Source: an uncultured virus (IMG/VR IMGVR_UViG_3300044622_000297)
Lineage: Duplodnaviria > Heunggongvirae > Uroviricota > Caudoviricetes
Direction: 5' to 3' (one strand)
Length of the DNA stretch: 64,000 nucleotides
Virus record (IMG/VR): IMGVR_UViG_3300044622_000297
The position numbers and the translations under genes are program-made. The notes below the pieces were generated by a model. The model saw only the letters and a list, made by a program, of their open reading frames with translations. It was not told the DNA's origin and made no database searches. Position 1 is the stretch's first letter, and every line of letters begins with the position of its first letter. Positions 28,057 through 37,596 of this stretch are shown here, piece by piece.

Positions 28057-30521
28057 CGTGTTGGTTTCCAAGGGTTTGGTCTAGGTGTTACGTTGCCTGC
28101 TTTATCTATATCGTAGAACGGTGAATTGTCACTTACACGTGAAAAATTGTGACCTTGTTTCTTCATAATTTCTACGTCATACAATTGGTCAGCTTGTGTA
28201 TCATCCCAATATTGTGCTAAGGCGCCATAGAAGTCAGTCTTATCGAACTTCCTAAATGCTCTGTTAACAATGTCCATATCTAGCCCGCGTTTTTCTAACC
28301 ACGGATACAAATGGTCACCTGGGTCACCGTCTGGGAAAGAATTACCAATGGCGTCTTGTGCTTTTTGGTAGATAGCGTCAAGTGTATATCCTTTGTATTT
28401 CTTAGGAGGTGGTTTGTATCCAGGAGCTAACTTAGCTGCGGCTTTAGCTGCACGAGCTGCTCTTTGCTGTTCTTTACGCTGATAGATTGCTTCTTTTTCC
28501 TTAGCAATCGCATCTGCGTTAGCTGGGTGGTTAGGGTTTAGCTTTCCGCCAGCTAAGGTCCTAGGAATGATCTTTGGCTTTAGCTCGTTAAGCTGCGATT
28601 CTGCCATTCCAATGCCTTCGCCGATTTTGCTCTTCTTCTTCTTCACTTTAGTTTCCTTTACACGCTTCTGTGGTTGAGCAAACAAGTTACCTGCTGGACC
28701 TGAAGCAATAGCACCGGCACACGATGCGCCGCCGGAAGCGTCTTCGCCAAAGGTCTGGCGGTACGAGTTCTTACCCATACCATACTTGTTGCCGATAACT
28801 TGATGACCTTCGCCAGCTAGCAGCAAGTCGTACATCATTTTAATGATAGCTAGTCTGCTATTTTTTTGCTCAAGGTTGCGACTAAACCAACTTACTTTTT
28901 CTGGTTTCATCTGGTGTTGGCTAGAAGTTGATATTAGCTCCATGCAACGTGCTTTCAGCGTAGGAACATCAGTTATCTTCTCTAATGCTTTAATGTCTTC
29001 TGGGGAAAAGTTGCTTTCCGGGCGAGGATCAGCACCGGCTTCCGACATCTTAGACTTGTTAAAGTCTCGTGTTGCCTGATTGAAGCGTGACTTAGGTTTA
29101 GCACTTGCTTTTACCAGCTGATCGAAGTGCACGAACCATCCGCGACCTTGCTTGTCGCCAATCCAGCACTTCTTACGCTCTGGATCACATTGTGACACAG
29201 TAAAGATCTCGTTGCCCGGCTCGTCTGAGTATTCGTCCTTTAATCTGACACGAGCACCGTCGCTAAACGAGACAGATCTTTCTCTCGTTTCTTCTTTAAC
29301 CGACCGCCCTAATGTTTTTGCCCAGGCCGCTGTTATTCTATCATTGGTTAGGTCGTCTTGTTGCCACTTACGAGAATTTGGCTCTGACGCAATTTCCGGA
29401 CGATGTTGCATCAGACCGTAATCGTATGGCTTGCCTTCTTTGCGACCAGGTTTTGTTTTGTGATACTCAGCGTCTAGATCGTTAGATTCGTCCATGCCCG
29501 GAGTCTTCTTAGAGATTAGCACATTCTTTTGACGGACCTCTTTTGTTTCTCCGCTGTCTAGCTTGATCCACACCATTGTGATGAACGGGACCATTTGGCT
29601 AAATGTGTGTTCGCGGCACAGACGGATTACTTCACCTACTTCGTTTGTTCCTTTAATCTTAGCACGACGAGCAATCCACGGATGGTTAGCAATCTCGCCC
29701 GACTTAACTTCGTCTAATGTTTCTTCCTCGTTAAACACGTTACCGTATTCGTCTGGCTGACGCTTTTGATGATTGCCGTACTCGTCATCGTCAAATGGGT
29801 TACTTGCTGCCTTCATTCTGTCTAGGTTAGCCTTACGAGTTGCTGCCGCTTGTGACGCCGGAATCTCACGCATGTTGCCTGCGTTATCGTAAACCCAACG
29901 TCCACCTTCCTCTCCTAGATGTGCTTTGTTCCATGCCTTTTGTGTCCTGCCTGCCGCTCGTTCGTGACGACCAGACGCAGTATTAGGTTCGCCGTGCGCA
30001 TCTTCTATGTCTTTATGTGACTGTGCTAAATCATCGTGCTTGGCTAGCTGAATAGCTGTTCTGGCATTGCCTAGAACATTACTACGCACAAACCTTCTAG
30101 CCTTGTCAAACATGCCTGCTTCAGTTAGTTTAACTGTAATTGCCTCTAACAGCTCCTTGTCACCCTTTGCTACAGCTTCCATGTAGATAGTGTTTAGGTC
30201 AAGGATCCTTTGCTCGAACGCAGGTGTTCCTGGAGATAGTCTGCCTTGCTTTGCTGACTCTAAGTCACGGGTTCCAAGTACCTCAGCATCCCAACGATCG
30301 CAAAACTTTTCCATTTGGGCAGCATTCTTAAATGTCTTTGTCCATGGCTTACGCTCTAGTCCACGAATACCGTGTGCTTCAAACGGTGAATCACCTTTAG
30401 CTTCGGATACCTTCTTAGTGCCGCACAGCTTACACTCTCCATTAGAGCCTGTAGAAGTATTAGTCTGACACTTTGGGCACTTCTCGTTTACGCCTTCGTT
30501 TAAAATTTCAGTTGGTTTCAT
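28053..30521 (-). CDS. putative internal head polyprotein
   Basis: MKPTEILNE N-terminus; >10 hydrophobic-x-E sites between unrelated modules. Confidence 0.6.
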   Translation of the reverse strand: MKPTEILNEGVNEKCPKCQTNTSTGSNGECKLCGTKKVSEAKGDSPFEAHGIRGLERKPWTKTFKNAAQMEKFCDRWDAEVLGTRDLESAKQGRLSPGTPAFEQRILDLNTIYMEAVAKGDKELLEAITVKLTEAGMFDKARRFVRSNVLGNARTAIQLAKHDDLAQSHKDIEDAHGEPNTASGRHERAAGRTQKAWNKAHLGEEGGRWVYDNAGNMREIPASQAAATRKANLDRMKAASNPFDDDEYGNHQKRQPDEYGNVFNEEETLDEVKSGEIANHPWIARRAKIKGTNEVGEVIRLCREHTFSQMVPFITMVWIKLDSGETKEVRQKNVLISKKTPGMDESNDLDAEYHKTKPGRKEGKPYDYGLMQHRPEIASEPNSRKWQQDDLTNDRITAAWAKTLGRSVKEETRERSVSFSDGARVRLKDEYSDEPGNEIFTVSQCDPERKKCWIGDKQGRGWFVHFDQLVKASAKPKSRFNQATRDFNKSKMSEAGADPRPESNFSPEDIKALEKITDVPTLKARCMELISTSSQHQMKPEKVSWFSRNLEQKNSRLAIIKMMYDLLLAGEGHQVIGNKYGMGKNSYRQTFGEDASGGASCAGAIASGPAGNLFAQPQKRVKETKVKKKKSKIGEGIGMAESQLNELKPKIIPRTLAGGKLNPNHPANADAIAKEKEAIYQRKEQQRAARAAKAAAKLAPGYKPPPKKYKGYTLDAIYQKAQDAIGNSFPDGDPGDHLYPWLEKRGLDMDIVNRAFRKFDKTDFYGALAQYWDDTQADQLYDVEIMKKQGHNFSRVSDNSPFYDIDKAGNVTPRPNPWKPTR

Positions 30522-30538
30522 GGTGGTTTCCGTTTATA

Positions 30539-30901
30539 CTATTTATGCTTCTGAATAACTACGATGGTCGGAGTGTCAGACTTACGAATATGGTCGGCTC
30601 TTACTACAGTATTAATATAAGCTAGCTGAACTTCGGGTGCCCCAAATGATGTAAACTTACATCCAAGTTCAATGCCTTGCACGTCATCTCTTACGTAAAA
30701 CTGCGGGAAATGGATCATCTGCTTTAGTTCTGGTTTGAAGTTTTTTAGGCGGTTAATAATCCTAAGGATGTCATTCCATTTAACATTTCGATCAGGCAAT
30801 GCTGCTTGTGTTGATACATGAGGCGACACACCATAGGTCATCCCGTTTCCGATTACTCCTTTAAGGATAAATGCCTCAACTAGGAATTCCTTAGATAACA
30901 T
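30539..30901 (-). CDS. putative internal head protein
   Basis: starts MLSKEFLVE via TAATG coupling at 30901. Confidence 0.55.
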   Translation of the reverse strand: MLSKEFLVEAFILKGVIGNGMTYGVSPHVSTQAALPDRNVKWNDILRIINRLKNFKPELKQMIHFPQFYVRDDVQGIELGCKFTSFGAPEVQLAYINTVVRADHIRKSDTPTIVVIQKHK

Positions 30902-31362
30902 TATTTTATTTCCCGTCGAATAATAGTCCAATCACTAAACTTCAAGTTGAGTAAAGTCTCAAACTGAGTCGCTTCTCCTACCTGCTGAAACATAAACGTA
31001 GATCTAAGCAAATCACCGTTAAGTGATTCTCCTTCGGGGTATTGTTTTATTTTTCCATTTATTTCAAAGTAGGCATAAGAATTTTCAATTTGCATTAGTT
31101 TATACGGTTGAGTAAATGCTGCAACTGATAAAATGTGAGATGGCATCATTGAAATCACTGACAAAAACACATAAGATTTACCTATGACGGGTTCGTCGGT
31201 TTTGTGCAGCAATAAAAAAGCCTGTAGGTTTTTATAGTCAGTTAACTCTTCGAATAGCTCTGGGGTCTTTAATATTTCTTGTCGTAAATCTTCTTCTTGC
31301 TGTTCCCACAAGTTAACCACTTCATATTCAAAGGGTCCCGACGTAAATTCTTTAGATAGCAT
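30901..31362 (-). CDS. putative internal head protein
   Basis: starts MLSKEF like its neighbour. Confidence 0.55.
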   Translation of the reverse strand: MLSKEFTSGPFEYEVVNLWEQQEEDLRQEILKTPELFEELTDYKNLQAFLLLHKTDEPVIGKSYVFLSVISMMPSHILSVAAFTQPYKLMQIENSYAYFEINGKIKQYPEGESLNGDLLRSTFMFQQVGEATQFETLLNLKFSDWTIIRREIK

Positions 31363-32932
31363 TGCGACGCACCGTCCTCATTGCCTTATCTACGCTTTCA
31401 GTAATCTCTGCCCTAGCAACATCTACGAACGGCTGTAGCTTCTTCATATACTCAGCTACGGCTCGCATATTGCCTTCTCTGGCATACTTTAGCATCTCTG
31501 CTGTTAGCCCTGCTACTTCCTTCTTTACCTGCTCTGGGGTCATTTCTCCAAAGCCAGGAACGATGGTTTCATCTAGTCCGTTTCCTTCGCTGCTGTCTAT
31601 AGCTTGTAGCTGTTGCTTCATCTTAACTGCTGCTTTAGCAAGTGAGCTGATCTTAGGATCTGGGTTGTCTAAGTTTTGTTCGCTAACACCTTCGTTAATC
31701 TTAGATTCCTCGACCGTAGCTAACTTGTCGTAGTAGCCTGGATCTTCTTTGATATGGTCTAAGGCGATCTCAGTAGCAACTTTTTCATCGGAAGTATGTT
31801 CTTGCTCAACAGCAATTCCTTTTCGCAATTGTTCGATGATTTGTTTAACAGGAAGCTTATGTAAGTTAGCTAGTTCCATCGGTGACAGTGTAGGAACGTC
31901 TAATACATTCTCAGAAAAAACCCGCTGGGAGTTAGCAATCGACGCTTTGTCTCGAGCACGTAGTTCTATTTCACCCTGTAGCTTCCTAATATTTAATTTG
32001 ATTGCGTCTAAGCTATTGTAGTCACGACGATCAAACGCTTTCTTTAGTTGCTGCTTTAGGCGAGCCATCTCTTGCGAGTTTGTTTCTTCAGTAAACACAT
32101 TGTCTCCGGTTGACGTGCGACCCTTCTTCATCAATGTAGTTCCTGGTTGCGGTGCCTTCGGCGCAAATATCGGGCGCACTTCCCAATCTTGGTCTTTTGC
32201 TGTGCTTGCTAGTCCTCCGTATTCTCCTTTAGGCATAGTTAACCTACGAACGCCTTTCTTGTCGAATCCTGCGTAATGTGAAGGATTTGGGTCTATTGCT
32301 ACTTCGGTGACTGTACTTTCTAACCGAGCCTTCATTATGTTGAATACATTATTGTCAAACTTACCAAACAAGTCGGTTACAATTTTACGCTGAGTTGCTA
32401 AGTCTGCTCCGGCGAATTGCGCACGGATCTCAGACGCGCTTCTAGCTGGCTTACCTAGCACTGTAAAATCAAATGTAGGGACAGTCATCATGTAACCGTG
32501 CTTGTCCAATGTTTCACAGCTCTGTAGGTTTGTGAATTTTTGGAAGTAGCTTGGGCTACCGTCCTTCTTTGGCTTAAACTGAAAGCGAGGATCTTCCGCC
32601 ATATCCTTTTCGCTAACCGCAAACAGTAATATGGTGCTCTTTGCGTCGAACTGTGCTACGAGCCCAGGCGCTCTGTATGGTTGTGAATCCAGTATAACTC
32701 TGTCAGTATCGACGCCAGTTAAGGCCCACATCTTCGCTTTTTCAACAAAATTGAACGGTGATTTAGGCATTTCTACCTTGTCGCTTGTAACGATGTAAAC
32801 GTTGTCTTTGCCAAACTTCTGACAGAGGTGGTTATAAACTTGCGAATGCCCTTTGTGCGGTGGCTGAAATCTCCCCGGAAGTATTACTTTCACTTGTTTT
32901 TGCGTTCCTTCAAAGAGATCGTACACGAACAT
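31352..32932 (-). CDS. HxGH nucleotidyltransferase-domain multi-module protein
   Basis: GRFQPPHKGH, SASEIR; C-terminal GIAVEQEHT..IALDHIKEDPGYY module; MFVYDLFE start. Confidence 0.7.
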   Translation of the reverse strand: MFVYDLFEGTQKQVKVILPGRFQPPHKGHSQVYNHLCQKFGKDNVYIVTSDKVEMPKSPFNFVEKAKMWALTGVDTDRVILDSQPYRAPGLVAQFDAKSTILLFAVSEKDMAEDPRFQFKPKKDGSPSYFQKFTNLQSCETLDKHGYMMTVPTFDFTVLGKPARSASEIRAQFAGADLATQRKIVTDLFGKFDNNVFNIMKARLESTVTEVAIDPNPSHYAGFDKKGVRRLTMPKGEYGGLASTAKDQDWEVRPIFAPKAPQPGTTLMKKGRTSTGDNVFTEETNSQEMARLKQQLKKAFDRRDYNSLDAIKLNIRKLQGEIELRARDKASIANSQRVFSENVLDVPTLSPMELANLHKLPVKQIIEQLRKGIAVEQEHTSDEKVATEIALDHIKEDPGYYDKLATVEESKINEGVSEQNLDNPDPKISSLAKAAVKMKQQLQAIDSSEGNGLDETIVPGFGEMTPEQVKKEVAGLTAEMLKYAREGNMRAVAEYMKKLQPFVDVARAEITESVDKAMRTVRRNAI

Positions 32933-32969
32933 ATGGTTTCCTAACAATATTAGTATTTATGCGATCGTG

Positions 32970-32995
32970 ACAATGCCCGACGAATCGGGCATTGT
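32970..32995 (-). terminator. perfect 11-bp hairpin with UUCG loop (terminator or processing stem)
   Basis: ACAATGCCCGA-TTCG-TCGGGCATTGT; no clear U-tract. Confidence 0.55.
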
Positions 32996-33033
32996 GTTGT
33001 ATTACAGGCCTTTAGCTTCAAGCATTGCTGCTC

Positions 33034-33105
33034 GCTGCTCGGCGGGAATCGAACCCGCTGCCTTGAGTTTTAGAAGCTCTTGCTCGACCAATCAGCTTCG
33101 AGCGC
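33034..33105 (-). tRNA. atypical tRNA-like element, anticodon CUA (amber)
   Basis: GCGCTCG AA GCTG ATTGGTC GAGC A AGAGC TTCTAAA ACTCA AGGCA GCGGG TTCGATT CCCGC CGAGCAG C; perfect T-arm, imperfect anticodon and acceptor stems, no CCA. Confidence 0.65.
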
Positions 33106-33116
33106 AGTATGTGTAT

Positions 33117-33145
33117 ATAGTAGCACCTTTATTCGTCGTTGTCAA
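33117..33145 (-). promoter_or_regulatory. sigma70 promoter for the tRNA-like element
   Basis: TTGACA-N17-TACTAT with extended -10 TG. Confidence 0.8.
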
Positions 33146-33957
33146 CCAGTTTGGGAAGAAACTTGCGGGCCCGAAATCAAGCTCAAATCCCCTTGAAATT
33201 CATGGGTTCCCGAATGATTTAAAAGCACCCTCGAGTCACACCATATATCATATCCTAAGGCCGAAGCACGTCTACAGAATGCCCAGTCTTCACTCAAGTA
33301 GTGGCCTTTTTCGTCTATATATGGATCAAAGATAGCATACATGTGAGGTTCATATTCTTTACCTAGCCCAACATCATCTACATATTTTGATTTTGGATGT
33401 GCTTCGATGAGCTTCTCGTACACGTCTCGTTTAAACATAAGGAACCCAGTGGCTGCTGTATCAACTGTAAATAGTGGTCCATGTAACTTCGTCTGTGGCT
33501 TCAGATTAATGTTGTATTGTATTGGGTATGCCTTCTTGGGATAGGCTCCGGAGATGATATCTTTGTCAGCTGCCATCATTTGAAAGATAGAGTTCGAGTC
33601 AAACCTAATGTCGGCGTCGATAAACATGTAATGAGTAGCAGCCGAGTTTGCCCTCATCTTTGCCATTAAATTGTTGCGGCCCCTAGGGATCAATGACTCG
33701 TTGCTCATTGTATCCATCGACCAGTTTAACCCGACCTGCCTTGCTAGTAGAGTGAATTTTATGATGCTAGTCATCGTAGATTCGAGAACTAGTCCTCCGT
33801 AGCAAGGTATTGATATGTGTAGGTGTGCCTTAGTAAAATCGTACGGAACGCCCTCTGCGGGAGGAGATTCTTTAGCTTGCTGTTCTTGTATTGCTTTAAT
33901 CTCTCTGACTAAGTCAGTATGAGTCTTTTCGGTTGCGTTAATTTTATGATCAGCCAC
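33142..33957 (-). CDS. GT-A fold glycosyltransferase
   Basis: ISIPCY, RGRN, FIDADI (DxD), TGFLMFKR, SEDWAFC. Confidence 0.75.
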   Translation of the reverse strand: MADHKINATEKTHTDLVREIKAIQEQQAKESPPAEGVPYDFTKAHLHISIPCYGGLVLESTMTSIIKFTLLARQVGLNWSMDTMSNESLIPRGRNNLMAKMRANSAATHYMFIDADIRFDSNSIFQMMAADKDIISGAYPKKAYPIQYNINLKPQTKLHGPLFTVDTAATGFLMFKRDVYEKLIEAHPKSKYVDDVGLGKEYEPHMYAIFDPYIDEKGHYLSEDWAFCRRASALGYDIWCDSRVLLNHSGTHEFQGDLSLISGPQVSSQTG

Positions 33958-33968
33958 GAATGAACCTT

Positions 33969-34334
33969 TTAGTTGTGTGTTAGTAATACTCTGTTTATTT
34001 CGCCAGCTGTAAAGTCTGTCACTTTAGAGCGGATCCATACATGCTGACCAGCAAAGTTTTCTACTACTGCTCCGTCAGTTACTGGAGTAATTGCGTCACC
34101 GTACGATGTGATATCGTACCAGTCATCCTCAGTCGGAGTAGTTGCTAACGACCCTTGAATTACAACGGTGCCGACGAAGTTGTTTACTGTAGTGAATTGA
34201 ACAGTATGTAACGGGCTAGTTTGCCCATGGTAACCGCATCCTTTAGCTTTTTCACTGAGAAGAGGTAAGATGACGCTAATTCCAACATCGGAAACATTTA
34301 CAGAGTCAATCAATACAGTTGATTGATTTGCCAT
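33969..34334 (-). CDS. hypothetical (beta-rich, possibly virion) protein
   Basis: QGSL..P..DDWYDI; late-promoter operon. Confidence 0.6.
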   Translation of the reverse strand: MANQSTVLIDSVNVSDVGISVILPLLSEKAKGCGYHGQTSPLHTVQFTTVNNFVGTVVIQGSLATTPTEDDWYDITSYGDAITPVTDGAVVENFAGQHVWIRSKVTDFTAGEINRVLLTHN

Positions 34335-34504
34335 TACTCTGGTTCCCTGTGACCTTCAACAACTACTCCTTCGCCTACTAGTTCGGCGGCTACAGTTTCT
34401 AGAGTGGAAATCAATTCGCTATCAATGATAGTAGATGTTTTTGTGTCATCTTTAACCAACCTGCTTAATGTAATTATAATCTTTTCTTCAACTAGCTTTG
34501 CCAT
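34334..34504 (-). CDS. small hypothetical protein (56 aa, not in ORF track)
   Basis: MAKLVEEKIIITLSRLVKDD...; AAGGAG RBS; TAATG coupling. Confidence 0.7.
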   Translation of the reverse strand: MAKLVEEKIIITLSRLVKDDTKTSTIIDSELISTLETVAAELVGEGVVVEGHREPE

Positions 34505-34523
34505 AAAAGCTCCTTTTTACTAT

Positions 34524-35264
34524 TTATGCTGCTAACTCTAGCTTGTTAACTTTATGAACAAAGGACGGGCAAACCATAGCCAGGAAAGTAAGCAAAGAAG
34601 AATCGTCGACGTAGTAATACCCTTCGAGCCAGGCGTTGCCGCTGTTGTTTAGTCTTGATCGCAGCCCGTCGGTAAAGTGGAAACCATTCGGGTAGTTTTT
34701 AACATAGTTAGTGATTTGCTGCTTTACCTCAGGAGTGTATCTTTTGCTTTTAATAGTGACCTTGAACTTATGCTTAGGAGGAGTCTTAGAGTAGATCGTT
34801 CCTTCGTTAAGGGAAGCAAGAGTGGATAAGTCGGCGGGCTGCTCTATTCCTTTAAACAAAGTTCTGCTAAAAGAATTTGATCTCAATAGCTCTTTAATCG
34901 GATCTGCTGAGACTGAGAATATCCTAACTCTGTTACCTTCAATGCGAAGTCGCGTGTTTTCTGCGCTTGCAGCAATCCGTAGAGCAACAATAACGTCTGC
35001 CATATCTTCAGCGTAGTCGCCGCCGGCCGTCTTCGGTTCTAACGTGTGATAGTTAAATCGATATTGTCTTTCTTTTTCGCGCAAGATATCGTCCCTTATC
35101 GACTTAATGTAATACGGTCGATTGAATCGAACATGACGCACAAAGTGCGCCAGCGGCACTTCAAAGTCTGCCCGAAAGAAATACTTGCCGAAATACAACT
35201 TCGGAGTCGTAGTTACCTTATCAATCGAGAGCCATTCTTCCCATTGTTCTTTGCTGAAATCCAT
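34524..35264 (-). CDS. hypothetical protein
   Basis: 246 aa ORF after clpA. Confidence 0.65.
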   Translation of the reverse strand: MDFSKEQWEEWLSIDKVTTTPKLYFGKYFFRADFEVPLAHFVRHVRFNRPYYIKSIRDDILREKERQYRFNYHTLEPKTAGGDYAEDMADVIVALRIAASAENTRLRIEGNRVRIFSVSADPIKELLRSNSFSRTLFKGIEQPADLSTLASLNEGTIYSKTPPKHKFKVTIKSKRYTPEVKQQITNYVKNYPNGFHFTDGLRSRLNNSGNAWLEGYYYVDDSSLLTFLAMVCPSFVHKVNKLELAA

Positions 35265-35276
35265 TGGTGTTCTTTC

Positions 35277-37571
35277 TTAAGTGATTTGAATAAATCCGTC
35301 TTTATCTACCATCGGGTGAACATTACCAGTCATTGGCAACATCTCAGTAACGTCGAACGTTACTTCTCCATTGACGAAGTCAATAGCAATGCTCGATCCG
35401 TTAGGCACCTTGTCGAACAGAATCTTCTTGGACAGCGGCACTTTAATAATAGAATTGATCTTACGCGACATTGGTCGTGCACCCATCTTAGAATCGAATC
35501 CCTCTGCTGCTAAGTGATCAATGATTGCGTCCGACAGCGTAAGCTTGATGTGCTTATCAGCAAGTAGCTCGTTCACCTCATGCATGAACTTAACAACTAC
35601 CTTACGAACACTATCAGGACCAAGATTATTAAACTTACAGATACCATCCAACCGGTTGCGGAATTCTGGCTTAAAAAACTCTTTAATCGCTTTGTCGTCC
35701 TCTCCACTTCGTTGTAGGTCTCGTCCAAAGCCAATAGCGTTCTTCTCATTCTCGGATGCTCCTAAGTTAGAGGTCATAATAACCATTACGTTCCTTGCGT
35801 CAGCTTTCTTGCCGTTGCTTGCTGTAATAGTTCCTTCATCCATTAGTGCGAGCAGGATGTTAGTAACGTCTGGGTGAGCCTTTTCGATCTCATCAAACAG
35901 CAGGATGGAGTTCGGGTTCTTCTCGATCTCGCTAATAAGCAGACCGCCGCCGAGGCTGCCATCTTCGTAGCCAACGTAGCCCGGAGGAGCGCCGATCAGC
36001 TTTGCTACGCTGTGACGTTCTTGGTACTCCGACATATCGAAGCGCAGTAGCTTCATAGTTAGGTTAGCAGCAAGCAACTTAGCAAGCTCAGTCTTACCAG
36101 TTCCCGTTGGGCCTGTAAACAAGAAGCTACCCATTGGCTTGTTAATAGACTTTAACCCTGCGCGAGCGACATAAATCTTCTCAAGGATCTCATCAACTGC
36201 TGCGTCCTGTCCGAACAAGTGCTCTTTAATGTTGGACTCTAGGTCAGATAGTGAGCTAGCAACATGATCAGCACCGATTTGATCAGCTGGGATCTTAGTC
36301 AGCTTACTAATAACGTCGATGATGTTTGCTCGCGTAATCGTAAATGTACCACCGCGAATACGTTGTTTAGCGCAAGCTGTGTCAATAAGGTCAATGGCCT
36401 TATCTGGAAGCTTCTTGTCGGTCTGATAGCGAACACTTAGCTCAACTGCTGCATCAATGGCTGCTTCGCTAATCGTTCCTTTGTGGAACTTCTCAAAGTG
36501 GCTACGCAGACCACGCAGAATGTCTTTAGCGACATCAACGGTAGGTTCAGTAACCGTCATACGATAGAAACGGCGCATTAGGGCGCGATCCTTCTCAAAC
36601 GACGTGGTGTATTCTTCCCATGTAGTAGAAGCGATGACTTTGATGTTGCCTTTGCTAAGAGCAGGCTTAATCATGTTAGCGAAATCTACCGAGGATCCGC
36701 TGCTACCTGCTCCGGCGCCGCGCATTTGGTGTGCCTCATCAATGAACAGGATGGTCTTGCCCTTGCTGTCAAGTGCCTTAAGAACATCCTTTAGCTTTTC
36801 TTCAAACTCGCCACGATACTTACTACCAGCAAGTAGCGATCCAATGTCTAGGTTATACACGACGTAGTCGAGCAAGTATTCTGGAACGTTGGCGTCGATA
36901 ATTTGTAAAGCAAGACCTTCGGCAATAGCTGTCTTACCAACACCGGGGTCACCTACGAGCAACACGTTGCTCTTGTTGCGCTTGGCAAGAACTTCAGTGA
37001 TTTCTTCCAGTTCTGCTTCGCGTCCGATAATTGGGTCAATCTTTCCTTCGGAAGCCTTTTCGTTAAGATTAGTACAATACTCTTCCAGGATGGAATCGGC
37101 TCGGGCTGCGGTCGCTTCCTTGTTGCCTTTTGCGTCGTTGTAATGCTTCTGGTAGAAACTAATTAGATCCCTGCGGTCAAGACCATACTTCGAATAAACG
37201 TATTGAGCATAACTGTTGCTCTCGCTTGCCAAGCTGATGAAAACATCGAGTACCTGCATAGTGGAACGGCCGCTAAACAATACTTGAGTAAAGGCGCGGT
37301 TAAACACACGTTCCAGTGAGTGCGTCTTTTTCGGTACCGAATAATCCGGATCCTTACTAATCAAGTAATGCTGCAAGCTAAGGTAGTTTGTTAGATCCTG
37401 TTGGAGAGCAACAACATCTGCGCCAAAGTTCGCTAGCAGTTGATTGAATGGCTTGTAGCTAACTAATGCCAATGCCAGGTGTTCGAGAGTCACGTATTCA
37501 TGATTCTGTACTTTTGCATTTGCAGTTGAATTTGCGACAATGACTTCAATTTCGGGGTTGGTCTGGATCAT
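35277..37571 (-). CDS. clpA: ATP-dependent Clp ATPase ClpA
   Basis: Clp N-domain, two AAA+ modules (GDPGVGKT; GPTGTGKT), IGF loop, no ClpB middle domain. Confidence 0.93.
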   Translation of the reverse strand: MIQTNPEIEVIVANSTANAKVQNHEYVTLEHLALALVSYKPFNQLLANFGADVVALQQDLTNYLSLQHYLISKDPDYSVPKKTHSLERVFNRAFTQVLFSGRSTMQVLDVFISLASESNSYAQYVYSKYGLDRRDLISFYQKHYNDAKGNKEATAARADSILEEYCTNLNEKASEGKIDPIIGREAELEEITEVLAKRNKSNVLLVGDPGVGKTAIAEGLALQIIDANVPEYLLDYVVYNLDIGSLLAGSKYRGEFEEKLKDVLKALDSKGKTILFIDEAHQMRGAGAGSSGSSVDFANMIKPALSKGNIKVIASTTWEEYTTSFEKDRALMRRFYRMTVTEPTVDVAKDILRGLRSHFEKFHKGTISEAAIDAAVELSVRYQTDKKLPDKAIDLIDTACAKQRIRGGTFTITRANIIDVISKLTKIPADQIGADHVASSLSDLESNIKEHLFGQDAAVDEILEKIYVARAGLKSINKPMGSFLFTGPTGTGKTELAKLLAANLTMKLLRFDMSEYQERHSVAKLIGAPPGYVGYEDGSLGGGLLISEIEKNPNSILLFDEIEKAHPDVTNILLALMDEGTITASNGKKADARNVMVIMTSNLGASENEKNAIGFGRDLQRSGEDDKAIKEFFKPEFRNRLDGICKFNNLGPDSVRKVVVKFMHEVNELLADKHIKLTLSDAIIDHLAAEGFDSKMGARPMSRKINSIIKVPLSKKILFDKVPNGSSIAIDFVNGEVTFDVTEMLPMTGNVHPMVDKDGFIQIT

Positions 37572-37596
37572 AATGTCTCCGGGGTTATTAAAATAT

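Noticed and set aside
30522..30541. Amber readthrough fusing the 30539 gene to the 28053 gene
   Set aside because: Readthrough meets TGA after six codons and the next ATG is out of frame.
33034..33105. Pyrrolysine tRNA or tmRNA
   Set aside because: Canonical TTCGA T-loop, D-loop GG and 5-nt variable region are unlike tRNA-Pyl. Too short for tmRNA, no pseudoknots seen, and the overlapping ORF lacks an Ala-Ala end.
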